Source: Chthoniobacterales bacterium
Lineage (GTDB): Bacteria > Verrucomicrobiota > Verrucomicrobiia > Chthoniobacterales > Chthoniobacteraceae
Assembly (NCBI GenBank): GCA_038207335.1
Contig: JBBQZX010000010.1
Coordinates: 32,001-96,000 of the forward strand
Reading direction: 5' to 3'
Length of the DNA: 64,000 bases
Shown: positions 59,201-64,000 of the stretch, piece by piece
Layout of the letters: each line of letters begins with the position of its first letter
Position numbering within the stretch: the first letter of the stretch is position 1
Position numbers and translations under genes: made by a program
The notes under the pieces: model-generated
Databases searched by the model: none
Told to the model about the DNA's origin: nothing
The model's input: the letters and a program-made list of their open reading frames with translations, nothing else

Positions 59201-61451
59201 CCCCGTTGAGAACGCCGCTGTTGCTGTATTCCACGATAAAGCCGTTTCCGTTTCCCGTTGCGTGGACCGCCGTTTCGCTGGTGACGCCGGAGCCGAATTC
59301 GAGATCAATGGTATTTTTGAAAGTGCCCGCGATCGCGACGTCTCCGGTCGTCGAGTCATATGCGATCGCTTGCACGAATTCGCTATCGCCAGGCCCGGCG
59401 ATGGCCCCCGCCCAGCCGACCACGCCGAACCTGTCGTAGTGCGCGAGGAAAATATCGCGGTGCTCGCTGCCGGTCGTGGCGTCAGCGTTGTTCAAAACAA
59501 TCGGGCTGCCGGATTCGGTCACGGCAAAGATGGCTTTTCCCTCGAACTCGCCCGCGAGAAAAACGCCGCCTGCACCATCGAGCGTGAGCACGAGCCCGAG
59601 GACAGGGACAGAGCTGTCAAACGTGAAAGTGGTCTGCACCGCCCGCGCCCAGAGGTATGTGCCATCGCTCGAGTAGGAGGCCACGAAAATGTTTCCGCCC
59701 GGGTCGCTGCTCGTGAGATTCGCGACGTTCGGGTCGATTCTCGGGTGTCCGCCGTCATCGAGGAAGCGGACCGGCGGTGCCGGATCGAAATCGACCGTGC
59801 CCGAAAACGTCCCCGCGACATAAACGGTTCCGTCGCCATCCGTGACGATTTGCAGCCCGGTCTGATCGCCTGCGCCGCCGAGCGTGAAGCCGTTTTGCAC
59901 GATCGGCGCGCCCAAATCCCGCGCCGCAAAGCCGTCCGGGAAAAAGCGCGCGACCGCGAAATCCACGCCGCTTTTGCCCTTCACCGTCGTGCTGTCGCCG
60001 TCGGGATTCACTTTGAGAGAGCCGTGAAACGAGGTGCCGAAATAGACGCTGCCGTCCGGGCTCAGCGCGAGCAGCCCGGCACCGTCGGTGCTTCCTTTCG
60101 TCAGAGGCATCGCGGCGTCGAATCCGCCCCCACCGCTGAGCGTGATCAAAACCTGACCGGTCCCGCTGACCGTGAAATCCGTGTCGAAAAACGCTGTCCC
60201 GCGCGTGTCGCTGAGCAGGAAAACTTCACCGTCTGAACGCCGCACGCCAAGCGCCTCGCCGATGACGTCGCTGTTGCCTTCGCCGCTGATTTTGCCCGAG
60301 TCGAGATACGTCCCATCCGGCGCGAGTTTCACGAGGAAGAGGCTGCTGTGGCCGGCGGGCGACGTGAGATTTTGCACGCCCGTGCCGGGATCGAAATCAA
60401 CAGTGCCGAAGAAGCCACCCGTGAAATAGGCATTGCCCGCGGCGTCCGCTGCGACTGCCAGCAGCGTGTTGTCGAAAGCACTCACGTCGAAAGCGCCCGC
60501 CCACTGCCAGTTGCCGCCAGAGTCGATTTTCGCCGCCAAAAGCCCGTCCGAACTCACGCTCGTGAGTGTCACCGGACTCGGCGATGCGGAGAAAGTCACC
60601 GTCCCCTCAAGTCCCGCGCCGATCAGGATGCCGCCGAGCCCGTCGAGTGCGAGCACCGGATGATCGACCACATTCGATGAGCCGACTGGCGAGCCGTTCG
60701 CCGTCGTCTGCGCGACCCATATCGGAAATGCGGGGATCGTCGGCGAATCCGTGTTGTCGAGATTCAGGACGAAAAGATTCGTGTCTCCCGCCTGCCCCGT
60801 CACCGTCACGCCGCTGCCAAAATCGAACGTGGAATTTGGCGACTCCGCGTGGAATGTCCCGGCGATGTAAATGAATCCCGTGCCCGCGACCGCGAGGTCC
60901 GAGCTCGTGAGATCGACTCCAGCCCCCCCAGGTGCTCCGAAGCTCTGAGACCAGACATAGCGGCCCGTCGTGTCCAAACGCACGAGAAAGACATCGGTCG
61001 AATCGCCGAGGTTGAACTGCACGTCCCGCGTGCTGCCGGAATTTCCGACAAGAAACGAAACGAACGAATTGTGCGCGGAATTGAATTCGCCCGAGACGAA
61101 AACGTCCCCGCCCGCCGTCACCGCGATCTGCAAAGTTCCGAGGTCGTCATTCGACGAGTTTATCGGATTCACCCACGCAAGCTGGCCGGTGCTCGTATAT
61201 TTCGCCACGAATCCATCGTGATGCCCTGGCGTCGCCGTCACCAAATAAACGCCCGAGCTGGGATCAAAATCCGCTTTTCCCTCGAAGCTGCCGACGACAT
61301 AGACATTGCCCGCCGCGTCGGTCGCGATGTCGTCCACGATCTGATCCTTCGCCCCGCCGATCCCGGCGGCAAAAGCCAGATTTGCCGGAGCGATGCGCGC
61401 TTCGAGCGGCTCGATGGAGCTGTGGATTCTCTTCTGCGAAAGTGCGTTCAT
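56208..61451 (-). CDS. Giant extracellular protein: LEPR-XLL-like N-terminal motif, beta-propeller (SBBP-like) repeats, beta-rich C-terminal region
   Basis: IEPLEARIAPA; repeated D..GNVY..G.F.G..DFDP blades; FHDADGDEITVRISGPG; repeated S/K-I-G-x-I/L-x-V units; no Sec signal. Confidence 0.85.
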   Translation of the reverse strand: MNALSQKRIHSSIEPLEARIAPANLAFAAGIGGAKDQIVDDIATDAAGNVYVVGSFEGKADFDPSSGVYLVTATPGHHDGFVAKYTSTGQLAWVNPINSSNDDLGTLQIAVTAGGDVFVSGEFNSAHNSFVSFLVGNSGSTRDVQFNLGDSTDVFLVRLDTTGRYVWSQSFGAPGGAGVDLTSSDLAVAGTGFIYIAGTFHAESPNSTFDFGSGVTVTGQAGDTNLFVLNLDNTDSPTIPAFPIWVAQTTANGSPVGSSNVVDHPVLALDGLGGILIGAGLEGTVTFSASPSPVTLTSVSSDGLLAAKIDSGGNWQWAGAFDVSAFDNTLLAVAADAAGNAYFTGGFFGTVDFDPGTGVQNLTSPAGHSSLFLVKLAPDGTYLDSGKISGEGNSDVIGEALGVRRSDGEVFLLSDTRGTAFFDTDFTVSGTGQVLITLSGGGGFDAAMPLTKGSTDGAGLLALSPDGSVYFGTSFHGSLKVNPDGDSTTVKGKSGVDFAVARFFPDGFAARDLGAPIVQNGFTLGGAGDQTGLQIVTDGDGTVYVAGTFSGTVDFDPAPPVRFLDDGGHPRIDPNVANLTSSDPGGNIFVASYSSDGTYLWARAVQTTFTFDSSVPVLGLVLTLDGAGGVFLAGEFEGKAIFAVTESGSPIVLNNADATTGSEHRDIFLAHYDRFGVVGWAGAIAGPGDSEFVQAIAYDSTTGDVAIAGTFKNTIDLEFGSGVTSETAVHATGNGNGFIVEYSNSGVLNGVRQLGDTDSAAFVFGLAYDINGDIGATGYFNGTPDFNIGGSPDRLNGTPFNADAFIAKFSGGDGTVIWHTEIYGPRDDGGRGITADPQGNFLVTGRFTGSPLIGLMGDFQLTESGAGNGDVFLLSIGSAGDLLNAITFGGAGRDVGDAVTVDANGHIYLIGHSDSSLDLDPSPGIALVGNGFFLAEFTSTFAFVGGFSDTSLRGEIHGATVDPSGLLFVTGSYTGKGDLGGAKSSTAKGANFFASQLLPDTFVDAAHTRTFHDADGDEITVRISGPGSAEIVLQNGVSDFADLETLYLSGTTLKTDVIIELKQAGSGLGTTTIGKVLGEFSEDLGALFLPKNSTLGSGIFDTDPDLEIGGRVIALRLYDIAPNTILHLGGNLPYNIPNNKTASDTYNNRPNILIHDVLGAGVEINVIGDGTAGGVGGGGLDNILIHRWDSIGYIRTTQSIGNLNVQTGDFYAILEIDKLHNGENTTANVGTMTIEDGSWGSSGSVIEGNVVAFDADAFLAGASITAGSLGKVTVGNGGEGFAGTLTLTDDDAKGVAVFTVASDFTGSVVSLSPLKKLNIRGSFNGSLSAPSIAGITAFSFLGTQTGGVNDHSIVTTDGLLGKIKTLSGVLQNYELTTPGNFSGIDVKLGKLQGSTTGIENVHIQAAKIGNLSVKLTADKNASGVDLTGIRNSTFTALDAGNVPGSIGNISVSLGGQGGAALGLDGVTFSAATIGATKITVGHAKNSGTDVRAVQFAAYIATESIGNITLGGDATGFQASNLSVISDGKIGSIKVTSTTSEFGTLTNSMILAGQALDVAALSADSSKAAAGRLRNASLGALTVSGALTSSVIAAGGSIGKLTAAGDINTVRILAGALLGADRAIGGGDDLFQHSASIAAITSKKGAFIASTAAAGIAPGAGGFADDADAVAGFGAASGTRSSIGALKFFTGATGAYNAGNPLASVIEAASIKSLKIPGAAAIDLAAGPALIDNGASGQDTDDVFIRLR

Positions 61452-61585
61452 TGCGGACTACTCACCCAAAAACCTCAGTTGTCGAAAGAGAATTTCGCGA
61501 AGCAAGGCGCGGCATTTTCAGAAAACGGAAAGTTAGGACAATAGGGTGATTCGAGCGGAGTCGGTTTAGCCTCCTCCGCTATCGC

Positions 61586-63196
61586 CTACTCCAGCCGCTT
61601 CAGCACCGGGATGCGGTAGTTTTCTTTCAGCTCCTCGTCGCCTTTTGCAATCGCAGCGGCATCCAAATAGATCGTCGAGGGATCGCCTTCGAATTCCACT
61701 TTGTCCAACCCGTTCACCGCCTTCGCCAACGCGAGCGGCACGTCGCTCAGGCGCTCGATCGCCATGCCGTTGATCTTCGTCACGATCATCTGGTGCAACT
61801 CCTCGTATCCGAGCGTGAGTGGTGATGGCAGCACCCCGCTGAGGATCACCACTTTTCGCCCGCCCTCGGGATAAAGCTCGTTCTGCTGGCGATCCAGATA
61901 GACGAATTCCTCCGGCGCCTTTTTGATCCAATCATTCCCCCACTCGCGCAGAAACTGCCGCGAAAGCTCCTGTAGCACGAGCCCGCCGAGCACGTAAAAC
62001 TGCGGCGCGCGGTCGATGATGTAGGGCTCGATCACGCTTTTCTCCGAGCTCTGGTGCGTGATTTTCACCGGCAGCGTCTTACGCGCACCGTCGCGGAAAA
62101 TCGTGAACTTCAACTCATCGCCGACGAAGTGCCGCGTCGAGACGAGATGTGCGAGCGAGAGCTTTCCGTAATTCGGATCGAGGTAATTCCCGTCCTGATC
62201 TACCGCTTCCCCGTCGATTTCGAGCACCACGTCCCCTTCCTTGATGCCCGCTTTTTCAGCTGGTCCGTCGTGCAGAACATCGCTGACATACACGCCACCG
62301 CTCGCATTCCCGAGCCCCACGTAGCGGCGGAGTTGCGGATCGCGCGTGATCGAAAACGCCATCCCGGCGCGCCCGAAGCCTTCATACGGCTCCTTCGCTG
62401 CGTCTTTCAAAAAATGCTGAATCACCGGCGCCGGCACGATTTCCGCGCTCTTCGTGTTGTTGTCGTAACGCGCGACGAGGCCCGCGAGCTTTCCATCTTT
62501 CACAACCGGCAGGGTGAAACTGCTATCGCGAAACTGGAGCGCGACCGTCGCTCGATAGACCAGCAGCGGCGAGCCATCGACCGGATACGGCGTCACCTCC
62601 GCGGTCGTCATCGAGCCTTTCGTCACGAGCAAAGTTCCGGTCGATTCGAGCTGCCAGATCGAGAGTTCGTCGCCGACATTCGCGGTCGTGAACCCGACCG
62701 ACTCGAACGCCGCCATGAACTTCGGGTCGTCGCATTTTAAAATCGCGAGGTTCGCCTCGTAATCGACCACGTCGATCGATGCCGCGACTTTCAGTCCCCC
62801 GTCCGGTGCCTCGAATTCCAAATAGTTCGCATTCGCGACGAGTTCGCCCGTCACGAGCACGCGCTTGTCCGCGAGCACCGCGCCGACCGCGCGACGGGAA
62901 TACGGCTGATGTTTCCCCCACGGACGGATGAAATCCCACGGCTGGTTCGTGACATTGACGCGCAGGACGGACGGCTTCCGGTCCGGCTTCGCGGCAACCG
63001 GCGGTGCCGCCTGGCCTTGTATCGGAGCCGGTTGCGCACCGCTCGGGTCTTTCGGCCCCGTCGGCGGCGTGCTCGGCGGAGGCACATCTCCGGGAGGAAG
63101 AGGCACCGGTGGCGCGGATGGACGCGGCGCGGGATCAGCGGCGAAAAGCCCAGATGCGGCGAGGAAAGCGGTGAGGAAAATGTGGCGCGAATTCAT
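61586..63196 (-). CDS. Deg/HtrA-like PDZ protein with degenerate (inactive) protease domain
   Basis: Signal peptide, Pro-rich linker; VLVTGELV, EANLAIL and QFRDSSFTLPV at the triad positions; PDZ GPAEKAGIKEGDVVLEIDG; second PDZ YVLGGLVLQELS. Confidence 0.85.
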   Translation of the reverse strand: MNSRHIFLTAFLAASGLFAADPAPRPSAPPVPLPPGDVPPPSTPPTGPKDPSGAQPAPIQGQAAPPVAAKPDRKPSVLRVNVTNQPWDFIRPWGKHQPYSRRAVGAVLADKRVLVTGELVANANYLEFEAPDGGLKVAASIDVVDYEANLAILKCDDPKFMAAFESVGFTTANVGDELSIWQLESTGTLLVTKGSMTTAEVTPYPVDGSPLLVYRATVALQFRDSSFTLPVVKDGKLAGLVARYDNNTKSAEIVPAPVIQHFLKDAAKEPYEGFGRAGMAFSITRDPQLRRYVGLGNASGGVYVSDVLHDGPAEKAGIKEGDVVLEIDGEAVDQDGNYLDPNYGKLSLAHLVSTRHFVGDELKFTIFRDGARKTLPVKITHQSSEKSVIEPYIIDRAPQFYVLGGLVLQELSRQFLREWGNDWIKKAPEEFVYLDRQQNELYPEGGRKVVILSGVLPSPLTLGYEELHQMIVTKINGMAIERLSDVPLALAKAVNGLDKVEFEGDPSTIYLDAAAIAKGDEELKENYRIPVLKRLE

Positions 63197-63223
63197 CTGA
63201 AAAGTGGGTGAAAAGTGGAGCGA

Positions 63224-64000
63224 TCAGGAGGCCGTGAGGTTCTGCTCTTCAGGCACGTTGTAGCGTTTTTTGATTCGCTCCCGCGCCGCCTCCACCGCCG
63301 CGCGTTCAAGCACCAACGGGCGTCCGACGCCGATGAACTTCAGCACGTAGAACTCCGCCGGCACCGCAAGCGCGTCCGCGAATTCCTTCAACGTCTTCAC
63401 TTTTTTGCCGTTGATCTCATCCACGATCGCCTCGCGAAATTCCCCAAAATACGTGTTGATCGGGTCGGGCAAAATCGAGCTCAGCACGATCACATCGGGA
63501 TGCTCCTTGTAGATTTCCTTCGTGATGTAGGCGTCGAAAAAGTAGCTCACGCGAGGGTTCGAGAATGAATACGCCTGCATCAGATTCCGCGACAGCGGCT
63601 GAAAAAGCAGCCCGCCAAAAAGCACGTAGGCTGGCTGTTGCTCATACGTATTCGCCTGCATCCCGTACGGCCAGGCGCGCTTGAATTCCACCACGACATC
63701 CATCGGCTTCCCCTCTCGCTTGATCGAAAATTTCAGCGAGTCGCCGAGAAATTTCCGCTCCGCCACCTCCGCCATCATCACTCGCTCGCCCTCGAGTTCC
63801 ACCATTCCGTCGCTCGCCACCGGCAATCCGTCGATCGTCAAAATCACGTCCTCCACTTTCAAAATGCCATCGCACGGTCCGTCCGCCAGCACGTTGCTGA
63901 CGACCACTCCGCGGTCGTCGTCGGCGAGTCCGTAGGCTTTTCGCTGCGCCGCATTCAGCACGGGAAATGTGGTGATCGACAGGTCCATGTAGCGGTCGTA
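63224..64000 (-). CDS. Deg/HtrA-like serine protease, C-terminal PDZ region (5' part outside the window)
   Basis: Frame open from 64000 (YDRYMDL...); GPCDGILKVEDVILTIDG, YVLFGGLLFQPLS, IVDEING. Confidence 0.85.
   Translation of the reverse strand, partial: YDRYMDLSITTFPVLNAAQRKAYGLADDDRGVVVSNVLADGPCDGILKVEDVILTIDGLPVASDGMVELEGERVMMAEVAERKFLGDSLKFSIKREGKPMDVVVEFKRAWPYGMQANTYEQQPAYVLFGGLLFQPLSRNLMQAYSFSNPRVSYFFDAYITKEIYKEHPDVIVLSSILPDPINTYFGEFREAIVDEINGKKVKTLKEFADALAVPAEFYVLKFIGVGRPLVLERAAVEAARERIKKRYNVPEEQNLTAS

Overview
This is a high-GC bacterial chromosome segment. Gene content points to PVC, most likely Verrucomicrobiota (Chthoniobacter-like); this is inferred from PEP-CTERM, DUF1501/DUF1549-DUF1553, prepilin-like and LEPR-XLL-like proteins. 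Most of it is housekeeping: gcvT-gcvH, gatB, panC-nadB, rpmH-rnpA-yidD-yidC-jag, rpoZ-smpB, trpA, obg, ilvD, tatD and sufE. These are interspersed with large secreted or surface proteins and carbohydrate-active enzymes. Four things stand out. (1) A tightly coupled four-gene flavinylation operon at 7820-10531 encodes an outer-membrane barrel, an FMN-binding protein, an ApbE with no export signal and a 4-His membrane protein, and has a Fur-box-like palindrome over its promoter. (2) A decaying, lower-GC island downstream of tRNA-Ser(CGA), about 32.9-41.5 kb, is full of frameshifted genes and holds a phage-like replication remnant and an internally deleted MmeI-like restriction-modification remnant. 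(3) In a tandem pair of Deg/HtrA-PDZ genes, the fully visible copy has lost the catalytic triad motifs. (4) Two unrelated secreted proteins share a C-terminal module that may be a sorting signal. All family calls are from motif recognition; no searches were run and GC differences were judged by eye.
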